Shown here: piece by piece, positions 10,801 through 19,686 of the stretch
How positions within the stretch are numbered: the stretch's first letter is position 1
How the letters are laid out: every line of letters begins with the position of its first letter
NCBI GenBank assembly: GCA_964456825.1
Contig: CAYWCR010000002.1
Location: 30,411 to 94,410, forward strand
Direction of reading: 5' to 3'
Source of the DNA: an uncultured Bacteroidales bacterium
GTDB lineage: Bacteria; Bacteroidota; Bacteroidia; Bacteroidales; UBA10428
DNA: 64,000 nt
Program-made: the position numbers and the translations under genes
The notes under the pieces: model-generated
The model's input: only the letters and a program-made list of their open reading frames with translations
Database searches by the model: none
Told to the model about the DNA's origin: nothing

Positions 10801-11215
10801 TGATCCTGCCTAATCCATCAGGACATAAACTGTGTTTAAATAAAACAAATGAATTTTGATCATAATTATAATAGCAAAGCCCGTAATGAGTGCCAATCCA
10901 CAAAGTCATTCTGCTATCACAAAATATAATTTCAATACGATCACCCGGTATGGTTGTTGAATCACCGTTTATATGATAATAGTTGGCAAGATCATAACCG
11001 TCGTATTTATTCAAGCCACCGGAAGTACCAAACCATATAAAACCATAACTGTCCTGACAGATGCTGATCACCATGTTATTGGTCAAATTCTGATCAACCG
11101 TAATATGTTTGAACTTCAGTTGATCATGAATCCTGCCGGAAAGCTGTCCTGAAGCAGGACCGTTAATCATAACCAGGATTGAGAAAAAGGTCAGTATCTT
11201 TCCGCGCAAATGCAT
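7865..11215 (-). CDS. Membrane sensor: signal peptide, two-component-regulator beta-propeller repeats, Y_Y_Y domain, TM helix, coiled coil, GAF domain, C-terminal coiled coil; no recognisable output domain
   Basis: 1116 aa. Repeated ...W(I/F)GT..GL..(Y/F) propeller blades. Y_Y_Y segment YAYKLEGFDDWTTV...GKYRFMVKASN. TM WFYLLVLVTLTTLVAYFINW. GAF-like block (GALYIV...LPGEGLVGACF...GVIELASF). Terminal helix EELQAQEEELRQNMEEMRATQEE. No H-box, receiver or HTH was seen. Confidence 0.75.
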   Translation of the reverse strand: MHLRGKILTFFSILVMINGPASGQLSGRIHDQLKFKHITVDQNLTNNMVISICQDSYGFIWFGTSGGLNKYDGYDLANYYHINGDSTTIPGDRIEIIFCDSRMTLWIGTHYGLCYYNYDQNSFVLFKHSLCPDGLGRINDITEDENGVLWIASWNGLIMYDPVNNVLQKYVHNADDLFSLPHDNLTNIAIDGDNNPWVSTYNQGIAKFDRKSGTFMTYSNDPDDPGSISENRIESIYRDRNQNLWFGTYNKGLNLLVHGTAGFKRYYPDSAITGSGRVRAFFEDKKNRFWIGTQTGLYLFNSQLGSFTRYAFTDHPFSALSHNSIQCALVDNNEGLWLGTFNGGVSYTNLNTAGITLYEYSNLKSPYFLNDKTVYCFAENAEGNIWVGTEQGGLNYLNRQTGLFTYFVPTAGSSNSMKSANIKDIVIDSNNELWIATNQGGLSNFNPATKQFTNYLNDPENANSLPSNNIYDLYLEENGNLWICTLNGICLKTPKDKGFIRLTADRTVERADSVESFGYVEILVPDKNGLLWGAGPGIPGILQINPKDLTLTIIQKLGSLILPVFSEIYCDAYGYLWFGMEGNSIIRLNPADLSYILIGPDAGFPKINTMAILDDPEGNLWISSNDGLYCFYELTEHQDSIHYKRYSKYEGLQSRQFVLNSKMVSREGEFFFGGVNGFNSFIPSEVRENPYPPLLVFTDFRVNNRSVMVNEVVGGKRLLKKSILETREIKINHRIKLFSVGFSGLHYVAPEQNQYAYKLEGFDDWTTVNASSRFASYSNLKPGKYRFMVKASNNSGVWNEEPISLKIIVKPPFWRTIWFYLLVLVTLTTLVAYFINWREQRLRTDKLTLESKIRQGEEELTARKNEIEKHQKMLAEKEQAEFEGRWFNDGLAKFSEILSKEKSNLIKLCQDVISNLTSYVEAIQGALYIVNNNDHENIFLELAAGDIINTGNRENNAILPGEGLVGACFKSKEIMEIRDVPDNYFKISSGLGSLKPDYLLLLPIKFDTNIEGVIELASFKEIESYKIHFIEKLAEMIVPIIASFKANMLVEQMYARTREQSEELQAQEEELRQNMEEMRATQEESERVKVRLEKQIEALKQENQKLKPGISDKKKQ

Positions 11216-11366
11216 ACTGCAAAAATTTATTTATATTTAATAAAGTTATCTAACATGACTGACAAATACAATGAATAAGCTCAACAATTGCCTTAAAATA
11301 ATGTTCGTTTTGGATTTCAGGATTTAGTTAATTAGCTTTTTATCCGTTTAACTATTCAATCTGTAA

Positions 11367-11418
11367 ACCTGCCTGTTCCTGATGTATCGGGCTTCGGCAG
11401 GCAGGTCTGTAATTTTTT
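11367..11418. repeat. Hairpin ACCTGCCTG ... CAGGCAGGT (9-bp stem, 22-nt loop) followed by T6, flanked by CTGTAA direct repeats
   Basis: 11367-11375 is complementary to 11398-11406. Lies in the divergent region between the sensor gene and uvrB. Confidence 0.5.
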
Positions 11419-11508
11419 CCATCGTCAACCACCTATTTCAGGATGAACTTTAAATCAGCATTTGTGATCAAAAAGTTTTATCTTAACAACCTTGTTATTA
11501 TACTGACA

Positions 11509-13521
11509 ATGGAATTCAAGCTTACCGCTGCCTATAAGCCTACCGGTGATCAGCCTGAGGCCATCAGGCAGCTTACCCAAGGCCTGCAACGGGGAATGAA
11601 ATTTCAGACCCTGCTGGGTGTTACCGGTTCAGGAAAGACCTTTACCATGGCCAATGTCATCCAGCAAGTGCAGCGACCAAGCCTGGTGCTAAGCCATAAT
11701 AAAACCCTGGCTGCCCAGCTTTTCGGGGAATTTAAACAGTTTTTTCCTGAAAATGCCGTAGAATACTTTGTCTCCTATTACGATTATTATCAGCCTGAGG
11801 CCTATTTACCGGTGACCAATACCTATATTGAGAAAGACCTGTCGATCAATGAAGACATTGAAAAACTGAGGCTCAGTGCCACCTCATCCCTGCTGTCGGG
11901 AAGGCGTGATGTCATCGTGGTATCCTCGGTATCCTGTTTATACGGGATCGGAAATCCCGAGGATTTTCACAGCAACACCATTGAAATAGAGCAGGGACAG
12001 CTGATCACCCGCAATGTCTTTCTACGGAAGCTGGTGGACAGCCTTTATTCCAGAAATGAAATTGAATTCAAAAGGGGGACTTTCAGGGTAATGGGTGCCA
12101 ATGTGGATATTTTCCTTGCATACAGCGACTTTGCATACAGGGTGAGTTTTTATGGTGATGAGATAGAACAGATCTCATCCTTTGATCCTTTTACGGGAAA
12201 GACATTGAATTCTTTAGACCGTGTTTTTATCTATCCGGCCAACATTTTTGTCACCACCAGGGCTCGCATGCAAAATGCGCTGGAACTTATACAGGATGAC
12301 ATGATTCAACAGGTTGAGTTTTTCAGGGAGCTGGGCAAATACGAAGAGGCTAAGCGTTTGGAGGAGCGGGTAACCTATGACCTTGAAATGCTGCGTGAGC
12401 TGGGTTACTGTTCGGGAATTGAAAATTATTCGCGGTATTTTGACGGCAGGCCTCCGGGTCACAGGCCATTCTGCCTGCTGGATTATTTCCCGAAGGATTT
12501 TATCACCTTCATCGACGAAAGTCATGTTACCATACCTCAGATCAGGGCGATGCACGGTGGTGACCATTCGCGGAAGCAGACGCTTGTGGAATACGGATTC
12601 CGTCTGCCCGCTGCAATAGACAACCGTCCGCTTAAATTTGATGAATTCGAGCAGCTGACAGGCCAGGCTGTTTTTGTGAGTGCTACGCCGGCTGATTTTG
12701 AGCTTGAGAAATGTGAGGGGGTGATCGTGGAACAGCTGATCAGGCCAACGGGACTGCTCGATCCGGTGATTGAAGTTCGTCCGAGCTTAAACCAGATCGA
12801 TGACCTGATGAAGGAGATCAGGAACTGCACGGAAAACCATGACAGGATATTGGTAACAACCTTAACCAAGCGCATGGCTGAAGAGCTGACAAAATACCTT
12901 ATCCAGTACAGGGTTAAAAGTCGCTATATCCATTCTGATATTGACACCCTGGAACGGATTGAAATTATGGAAGGGTTGAGAAGCGGCGCCTTTGATGTAC
13001 TGGTAGGGGTAAACCTTTTGCGGGAAGGCCTTGACCTGCCTGAAGTATCCCTGGTGGCTATCCTGGATGCAGACAAGGAAGGATTCCTGCGTTCAGAGCG
13101 GTCGCTGACACAAACAGCCGGACGGGCGGCACGGCATCTCAAAGGAAGGGTCATCATGTATGCCGATAAAACCACGATTTCCATGCAACGTACTATTGAT
13201 GAGACAAACCGCCGCCGTGAAAAGCAACTGCATTATAACGAAGAGCATGATATTACACCGCAGCAAATTGTTAAAGCAGCTTCGAACATTATGAAAGAGG
13301 TAAAGATGAAAACCGGCTTTAAAAACGCATACATTGAGCCGCAGTCTGTTAACGTTGCGGCGGATCCGGTGGTTCAGTATATGAGTCGTGAAGCCCTTGA
13401 GAAAGCCATTGAAAAAACGAAGAAATCCATGGAAAAAGCTGCCGGTGAGCTTAATTTCATCGAAGCCGCCCGCTTCAGGGACGAGATGATAGCCCTGAAG
13501 GAATTGCTGAAGAAGAGGTAA
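11509..13521 (+). CDS. uvrB: Excinuclease ABC subunit B
   Basis: MEFKLTAAYKPTGDQPEAI N-terminus, Walker A GVTGSGKTFT, DESHVTIPQ box, helicase C motifs, and a C-terminal UVR domain (FIEAARFRDEMIALKE). The ORF opens at 11443, but the ATG at 11509 fits homologous N-termini. Confidence 0.95.
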   Translation: MEFKLTAAYKPTGDQPEAIRQLTQGLQRGMKFQTLLGVTGSGKTFTMANVIQQVQRPSLVLSHNKTLAAQLFGEFKQFFPENAVEYFVSYYDYYQPEAYLPVTNTYIEKDLSINEDIEKLRLSATSSLLSGRRDVIVVSSVSCLYGIGNPEDFHSNTIEIEQGQLITRNVFLRKLVDSLYSRNEIEFKRGTFRVMGANVDIFLAYSDFAYRVSFYGDEIEQISSFDPFTGKTLNSLDRVFIYPANIFVTTRARMQNALELIQDDMIQQVEFFRELGKYEEAKRLEERVTYDLEMLRELGYCSGIENYSRYFDGRPPGHRPFCLLDYFPKDFITFIDESHVTIPQIRAMHGGDHSRKQTLVEYGFRLPAAIDNRPLKFDEFEQLTGQAVFVSATPADFELEKCEGVIVEQLIRPTGLLDPVIEVRPSLNQIDDLMKEIRNCTENHDRILVTTLTKRMAEELTKYLIQYRVKSRYIHSDIDTLERIEIMEGLRSGAFDVLVGVNLLREGLDLPEVSLVAILDADKEGFLRSERSLTQTAGRAARHLKGRVIMYADKTTISMQRTIDETNRRREKQLHYNEEHDITPQQIVKAASNIMKEVKMKTGFKNAYIEPQSVNVAADPVVQYMSREALEKAIEKTKKSMEKAAGELNFIEAARFRDEMIALKELLKKR

Positions 13522-13524
13522 ACA

Positions 13525-13587
13525 GTAATCGGTAATCGGTGACCAGTAATCGGTACCGATTACCGAATACTGAATACCGTTTACCTT
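13525..13587. repeat. Nine phased heptamers (GTAATCG x4 then TACCGA-type x5) forming an extended palindrome; probable bidirectional terminator
   Basis: Units gtaatcg|gtaatcg|gtgacca|gtaatcg|gtaccga|ttaccga|atactga|ataccgt|ttacctt. Perfect 18-bp palindrome gtaatcggtaccgattac at 13546-13563. Fills the whole uvrB/rhaB-like convergent gap. Confidence 0.75.
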
Positions 13588-15069
13588 TTATTTATCACTC
13601 GTCACTATCTTCACAAACCTGTCCCACACCCCATCCCATTTATCGGTATCAACCGGCTGGAAAACCACTGTTTCACAGGAATTCCGTACAATTTCGCGTA
13701 TCTCGGACAAGGAACTCACATAGCCCAAACCCATGGCCTGCACCAGGAGATTGCCAATGGCCGTTCCTTCTGCAGGGCCTGCTATCACCTGCAATCCGGT
13801 AGCATTAGCGGTCAGCTGGCAGAGGAATTTATTCTGTGATCCGCCACCAATGATGTGGATCTTGTCAATCTTTTTACCGGAGATCTTCCGCAGCGATTCC
13901 AGCACGTACCTGTATTTCAGGGCAAGGCTTTCAAAGATACAACGTGCATATTCGCCTGGCTGGGAAGGCAGGGGTTCGCCGTGGGCTTTGCAAAAATCAG
14001 CGACAGCCGAGAGCATATCCACCGGATTATAGAAACAGGCATGGTCGGGATTGACCAGGGAACGGAACGGAACAGCCCTTTCAGCCATGGCCACCAGCTC
14101 GGGATAGGAATAATCATGCTGTGCACCTGCCCAGCATCGTTTGCATTCCTGAATAAGCCAGAGGCCCATAATATTCTTCAATATCCGGTAGGTATGATTA
14201 ACACCGCCTTCATTGGTGAAACTATAATTGAACGAATCCTCCGTGATGATGGCCTGTTTCGATTCTATGCCCATCAGCGACCATGTGCCGGAGCTGATAT
14301 AGGCGAAGTTTTCATCCGTTGCAGGTATGGCGGCGATAGCCGAACCGGTGTCATGGGAAGCCACGGCAATGACCTTCAGATCCTGCATCCCCGTTTCATC
14401 AATCACCGACTTATGCAATGGGCCCAATACAGTACCCGGTTCAATGATCTCCTGCATGATGTGCTCCGCAATACCCAGGGCATCGAAAAGCTCTTTCTCC
14501 CACTTGCCGGTCATGGGATTCAACAATTGCGAAGTGGTAGCGAAGGTAAATTCGGTTTTTTTGATTCCGGTCAGCATGTAATTGAGCAGGTCGGGAATAA
14601 ACAACAGATCGCCTGCAACATCCAAAATTGGCAGCTTGTCGCGTTTGGCAGCATAAAGCTGGAACAGGGTATTGAACTGCATGAACTGGATGCCGGTGAG
14701 CTTGTATATTCGTTGGAGCGGCACACGCGCGGAAAATTCTTCCATGGCCGTATCGGTCCGGTGATCGCGGTATGCATATGGATTCCCGAGAAGATTTCCT
14801 TTCTTATCCAATAGTCCATAATCAACCCCCCAGGTATCTATACCCATGGAAGCAGGGCGTAAACCCAGGGAATTCGTTTTTGCAATTCCTTTGACAATTT
14901 CATCAAAAAGCCTCAGGATATCCCAGTGGTAACTGCCCAGGATATTGGTCATGCCATTGTCAAAACGGCAAACTTCTTCCAGGGTTAGCACTTTGTCTTT
15001 CAGGTTTCCTATGATACCGCGGCCGCCCGAAGCGCCCAGATCAAAAGCAAGAAAGGGAGTGGGTTTCAT
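13588..15069 (-). CDS. rhaB: FGGY-family sugar kinase, rhamnulokinase-like
   Basis: 493 aa. N-terminal AFDLGASGGRGI phosphate-1 motif and C-terminal HIIGGGSQNKFLCQLTANATGLQVIAGPAEGTAIGN, as in RhaB. No rhaA/rhaD neighbours. Confidence 0.7.
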   Translation of the reverse strand: MKPTPFLAFDLGASGGRGIIGNLKDKVLTLEEVCRFDNGMTNILGSYHWDILRLFDEIVKGIAKTNSLGLRPASMGIDTWGVDYGLLDKKGNLLGNPYAYRDHRTDTAMEEFSARVPLQRIYKLTGIQFMQFNTLFQLYAAKRDKLPILDVAGDLLFIPDLLNYMLTGIKKTEFTFATTSQLLNPMTGKWEKELFDALGIAEHIMQEIIEPGTVLGPLHKSVIDETGMQDLKVIAVASHDTGSAIAAIPATDENFAYISSGTWSLMGIESKQAIITEDSFNYSFTNEGGVNHTYRILKNIMGLWLIQECKRCWAGAQHDYSYPELVAMAERAVPFRSLVNPDHACFYNPVDMLSAVADFCKAHGEPLPSQPGEYARCIFESLALKYRYVLESLRKISGKKIDKIHIIGGGSQNKFLCQLTANATGLQVIAGPAEGTAIGNLLVQAMGLGYVSSLSEIREIVRNSCETVVFQPVDTDKWDGVWDRFVKIVTSDK

Positions 15070-15134
15070 ATGCGATGATTATGGGTTAAAAATTCTGTTA
15101 CCAATAACAAATATAAAAGATTTTCGGATAATCC

Positions 15135-15172
15135 GACACCCTACGAGGGTCCCCCCACCCTCGTAGGGTGTC
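15135..15172 (-). terminator. Perfect 16-bp inverted repeat with C6/G6 loop immediately after the PKD-protein stop codon
   Basis: GACACCCTACGAGGGT-cccccc-ACCCTCGTAGGGTGTC, located 4 nt downstream (minus strand) of the stop at 15176. Followed on the minus strand by an A/T-rich tract. Confidence 0.7.
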
Positions 15173-15175
15173 ATA

Positions 15176-18100
15176 TTACCGCAGCAGACTGATGGTTCCT
15201 TTTTTGGTTTGTATCCTTCCGTTCCAATTTTCCACCGTCACCGTGTAGGCGTACGTGTCAATGTTCTGGATCTTTCCGCCGTACATGCCATCCCAACCCC
15301 GGGCCAGGTCATCGCTGAAGAAGACTTCATTCCCCCAACGGTTGTATATGCGGAATTCAACGAGCTTTTTTATTCCCCAGCCTTTAACATAAACGACATC
15401 ATTTTCCCCGTCACCATTCGGGGTAAAAGCGGTAGGGACATCGAGGGAATAAGCTTCGGTAACCTCGATATTCAGATCATATTGCCTGGTAAAGCAATGG
15501 TAAATATCGGCAACGGTCAGCGTATAACGGGTTGTTTCCAGGGGCCGGGCAACCGGCGAAGCACAGGCGTAACACGACAGCCAGTCGACAGGTGACCAGT
15601 TGTAGGTTACATCATTCAGGGAATCAGCATAGATGGAAATGATTTCCCCGATCACAATGTTGGTATCCGGATAAGGCCGCAGGGAAATCTCCGGTTCCGG
15701 CTGAATCATGATGGACAAGCTTCCTGAATTACGGCAGCCGGTCAACTGGAACATCGATACGGCTGTATAGACAATGCTGGAAGAGGGCGATGCAACAGGG
15801 GAAAAACTATTGGCATCACTCAACCCCTCTGCCGGTGACCATTGGATAACGTCACCACCGCTAGCCCGGATCAAAGCAACATCACCGGCACAAACAAGGG
15901 TATCGGGGCTCAGGATAAGGTTGGGCAAGGGATGAATAATAAAAGCCTCCGTCATCGTATCCGAACATCCGATATTATTCTGCACCCTCAGTTCCACGGT
16001 ATAATTGCCTGGTGTAAACTGCAATACCGGTTCATTCTCAGTGCTGGTTATTCCGTTACTGAAGCTCCAGTCATTCCGTGTATTGCCAACCGACAGGTTA
16101 CCGAAAAGCAAGTCAACCTGATCACAATAGCCGCTATCCGGAAGTTCTATGCCTGCGCTGACTTCATAAATATAAATGGTATCAACAACAGGCGGCGGGA
16201 TACAAATGCCGCTGTCACCATATAGTATCAGTTTGGGCAACAAGGTGCCCATCCTTTCATAAGCATAGGATACCGTATCGCCTTTAAGGAACCGGCCATC
16301 GCCAAGATCCCATTCGAAATCATAGACATTATCGGTCTGTCCTATCTTCAGCCTGATCTCATCACCCCGGCAGGCCCTTTTACTTTGGGGAATGATGCTG
16401 AATGTTCCGGTTGGCCCGGTTATGGTTATTTGTTGTCCGGAAGTATCGCGGCAGCCATATGTGGTTTCAACGCTAAGGGAAGCATAGTATTCTCCGGGTC
16501 TTGGATAGTTGAATCTTTTTTCTCCGCCATATTCAGCGACACTGTTATTATATCCGAAATCCCAGATACCGGACATAATGTTGCTGTCAGCATCATTATG
16601 GTTAAAGGTAATTTCTTTCGGGTAGCAACTCCATACGGTATCTGAAATATCGAAAGAAGCATCCGCCTCTTGTATCCTGATGTAACCGTCGGGACTGGTG
16701 TAGGTATCCGGACAGCCATACTTATAAATAGTGAGGGTAACAAACTTGCTGCCCTTTGACGAAAAGGCATGGGTGATAAGCGTGGTATCCGAATGCGAAA
16801 CAATGCCATCACCAAAATCCCAGAGCACACTGTCGACGGTTAGATCAAAGCTGTAAAACTTCATGTCCGAACCGACACATTGCAGTGATTTATCAACGGT
16901 AAATCCGGCTATTGGATTCGCTGATGAAATAGTATGTGTAAAGGTACCGGCGCATCCCAATGTATCTGTTACGGTCAACCGGACCTCAAAAATCCCGGGG
17001 TCGCTGAATACATGGCTAACCGTATCCGCTTTTTCAGTATAGGTAGTGTCGCTTTCATCAGCAAAATTCCAGTGCCAGCTCTCAATGGGATGAATGTCTG
17101 TCGTTGAGTTATCCGCAAAATTCACTTCAAAAGGAGAACAGCCATAAGATGTATCCGGATCAAAGGATGCATGTGGCCCGAAAACCCTGATGCTGATCAT
17201 GGCAGAGTCGATGCAGTAATTATCATAAAAGGTAAACAGCTTTACCGAATATGTCCCCCTTGAAGAAAAAGTATGCGCAATGCTGTCGTTGCGGGTGACA
17301 AGGCTTTGAACCGTATCGCCGAAATCCCAGTAATATTTTTCAAAACAATAATCGACCTGGGAATAGGATGCCTTACCGTTAAGCAGGACAGGTTCCCCGG
17401 CACAGGCCAGTGTGTCAGCGGCAATGACTGCCTGGGGATTCCTGACTTTTATCTCCTTCCTCAGGGTATCAGCACAAGTTTCTTTAATGGCAATGAGTTC
17501 AACCTGGTAATTGCCTTCTGCCGCATAGGTATGAACAGGATCATCCGTGAAATCTGCCGGACTTGCATCGCCAAAAGTCCATTTCACATTCTCTGCGCCT
17601 TTTGAAAGACCGGTAAAATGATAGGTAAAAGGGCTGCTGCAGTCAAAAGTGAAGGAAAAGTCGGAAACGGCACCCTTGTTAAACAAGGCATTATCCTTTA
17701 ACACCGAGGAAATACAGCCGTTATAGTTCACTTCCAGCCCAAGGTCAAGGTAGCCTGTATCGGCATCTACTTTCCACAGCGGGTTATCCTCACCGGGCAG
17801 GTTGTTGATGCTCACTCCTTCAACGGTATAATGCCAGCCCTGGATGAGGTCAGGCTCAGAGGAGTTATCGCTGAACTGAAGGATCTCACCCGGACAGACA
17901 GAATTCTTGCTGAACGAAAAATCAGGAGATAGCTTTTTCCCTGACCTGACCGGAATGATAAAGGAGGTATCGGTGCATCCCTGGTCGTTGGTGATCACCA
18001 GACGGGAAAGGAACACATTATCCATAACATAAGTATGCATAGCAGAATCAGCTGCGCCAGACAGTTTCTGACCATCGCCGAATATCCATTCCCGGTTGGT

Positions 18101-19540
18101 AATATCTTCATCAGAAAGGCTATGATCAGAAAATTTAATATTCAGCGGAACACAACCCTGTGCAACATCGATGGCAAAGATGGCCGTTGGTTTCTTGATC
18201 GTGAAGGGCTTGGTTACAGCGTTCGTACAGCCATTGGCACTGGTAACTTTAAGGGTGGTGTTGAAGACCACACCGGTATTTATTTTATAGGGATCGGATT
18301 CGGGCGGGAGTGAATAAGATTTTGAACTGTTGCGTGTGGTTACCTTAGTCCCGTCATGAAAAGTCCACTCCCAGGCGACAGCATTGGCTGCATTTTCGGT
18401 AAAGTTCACCAGGGCCGGCGATTTGCATGAATAATCGCTGCTCATGGCAAAGTCAGCTTTAGGTTCCTCTACTACAAGATTCCATATGACAGTATCTGCA
18501 CAGCTGCTGCCTGGTGAGGCAATCAGCAGTACCGTGTAATTTCCTCCCCTGGTGTACTGATGAAAACCCGATTTGCTGATAGAAGTTATACCATCTCCGA
18601 ACTTCCACAATACCACGTTCGTTCCGGAAGATGAGCTTGAAAAGTTCATCTGTCCGGCACAAATGGTGCCATTATTTACGACAGGCTTTCCGCCCTGTGA
18701 AAGTGTTCCTGCAGCCACCACCTCGCTGGCGAAAAAAGTAGCGGATACGGTATCATAACAGCCGTAATCACTGTTAACGGTAAGGCTGATGCTGTAAACA
18801 CCAAACTGGTTGTAGGTTTTAGATGGATTCCTCTGTGTTGAGGTGGAATTATCACCAAAGCTCCAGTTATAGGTCAGGCTGCCCTGTCCCGTTGAGGTGT
18901 TGGTGAGTGCCACCGTGACCGGCACGGTGCAGGAAGAAACCGGACTGACCGAGAAAGAGGCCGAAGGAGGATTGGCAACCTGAATGTATTGTTGTTTTTC
19001 AATATTGCCTTTACATCCATTGGCATCGGTTATTTCCAGAAAAACATCAAAATTGCCGGGCGTGGCATAAATGTTGGAAGGATGCCGGCGGGTATCGATG
19101 GTTCCTGTCCTGAAATCCCAATTCCAGTCAGTAATGACACCATCGCCCGGTTCGGATAAATCGGTGAACTGAATGGTATCAGAAATACAACCTTTCGGGT
19201 CGGCGGTAAAATTGGCTATCGGATTTTTATAAACAACCACGCTTCTGATGATGGAATCTTTCTGTGTTCCGTTATCCACCACCAGCTTAATATCATATAC
19301 GCCGGGATCGATGAAAGTGGACTGGGGATCCTTAAGCGTAGATATTCCCTGCCCTCCAAGGTTCCACAGATAAGTAAGCGTTCCTGATCCGGTGCTCAGG
19401 TTGGTAAAATTCACCTTCACGGGAGTACAGCCGGTGGATGGATTGGCTGAAAAGTCAGCCGTCACTGGTTGGGCGTTACTGACAAAATCAATAAAAAAAA
19501 GAAAAGTTATTAACGGCGGGAGTAAATATTTATTCTTCAT
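15176..19540 (-). CDS. Large PKD-repeat surface protein with type B T9SS C-terminal domain (gliding-motility-associated CTD, TIGR04131-like)
   Basis: 1454 aa with a signal peptide. About 13 repeats of the W.FGDG...H.Y...G.Y.V.L...GC.D type. C-terminus FTPNGDGENDVVYVKGWGI...FRIYNRWGNEVF...GWDG. Confidence 0.85.
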   Translation of the reverse strand: MKNKYLLPPLITFLFFIDFVSNAQPVTADFSANPSTGCTPVKVNFTNLSTGSGTLTYLWNLGGQGISTLKDPQSTFIDPGVYDIKLVVDNGTQKDSIIRSVVVYKNPIANFTADPKGCISDTIQFTDLSEPGDGVITDWNWDFRTGTIDTRRHPSNIYATPGNFDVFLEITDANGCKGNIEKQQYIQVANPPSASFSVSPVSSCTVPVTVALTNTSTGQGSLTYNWSFGDNSTSTQRNPSKTYNQFGVYSISLTVNSDYGCYDTVSATFFASEVVAAGTLSQGGKPVVNNGTICAGQMNFSSSSSGTNVVLWKFGDGITSISKSGFHQYTRGGNYTVLLIASPGSSCADTVIWNLVVEEPKADFAMSSDYSCKSPALVNFTENAANAVAWEWTFHDGTKVTTRNSSKSYSLPPESDPYKINTGVVFNTTLKVTSANGCTNAVTKPFTIKKPTAIFAIDVAQGCVPLNIKFSDHSLSDEDITNREWIFGDGQKLSGAADSAMHTYVMDNVFLSRLVITNDQGCTDTSFIIPVRSGKKLSPDFSFSKNSVCPGEILQFSDNSSEPDLIQGWHYTVEGVSINNLPGEDNPLWKVDADTGYLDLGLEVNYNGCISSVLKDNALFNKGAVSDFSFTFDCSSPFTYHFTGLSKGAENVKWTFGDASPADFTDDPVHTYAAEGNYQVELIAIKETCADTLRKEIKVRNPQAVIAADTLACAGEPVLLNGKASYSQVDYCFEKYYWDFGDTVQSLVTRNDSIAHTFSSRGTYSVKLFTFYDNYCIDSAMISIRVFGPHASFDPDTSYGCSPFEVNFADNSTTDIHPIESWHWNFADESDTTYTEKADTVSHVFSDPGIFEVRLTVTDTLGCAGTFTHTISSANPIAGFTVDKSLQCVGSDMKFYSFDLTVDSVLWDFGDGIVSHSDTTLITHAFSSKGSKFVTLTIYKYGCPDTYTSPDGYIRIQEADASFDISDTVWSCYPKEITFNHNDADSNIMSGIWDFGYNNSVAEYGGEKRFNYPRPGEYYASLSVETTYGCRDTSGQQITITGPTGTFSIIPQSKRACRGDEIRLKIGQTDNVYDFEWDLGDGRFLKGDTVSYAYERMGTLLPKLILYGDSGICIPPPVVDTIYIYEVSAGIELPDSGYCDQVDLLFGNLSVGNTRNDWSFSNGITSTENEPVLQFTPGNYTVELRVQNNIGCSDTMTEAFIIHPLPNLILSPDTLVCAGDVALIRASGGDVIQWSPAEGLSDANSFSPVASPSSSIVYTAVSMFQLTGCRNSGSLSIMIQPEPEISLRPYPDTNIVIGEIISIYADSLNDVTYNWSPVDWLSCYACASPVARPLETTRYTLTVADIYHCFTRQYDLNIEVTEAYSLDVPTAFTPNGDGENDVVYVKGWGIKKLVEFRIYNRWGNEVFFSDDLARGWDGMYGGKIQNIDTYAYTVTVENWNGRIQTKKGTISLLR

Positions 19541-19686
19541 AGGAACGAGGAATATCTTAATGAATTTATAACTTTAAAGTAATAATATAAAATTTTACCT
19601 ATATAAAAATAACAGTTGTCAACAAATTGCAGTTTCCAGGATCGTGATAATGGTGTAACTTAAAGCACATTTTTTTCAAATGTATT

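Noticed and set aside
13855-14814. 319-aa plus-strand ORF
   Set aside because: It lies entirely antisense to the rhamnulokinase-like gene, which has clear FGGY motifs. The antisense translation has no recognisable motif and a skewed composition (rich in H, Q, G, R and F). It is a shadow ORF.
13588-15069. Rhamnose catabolic locus
   Set aside because: Only the kinase is present. No isomerase, aldolase, transporter or regulator flanks it, so no pathway claim is made. The substrate of this FGGY kinase remains uncertain.
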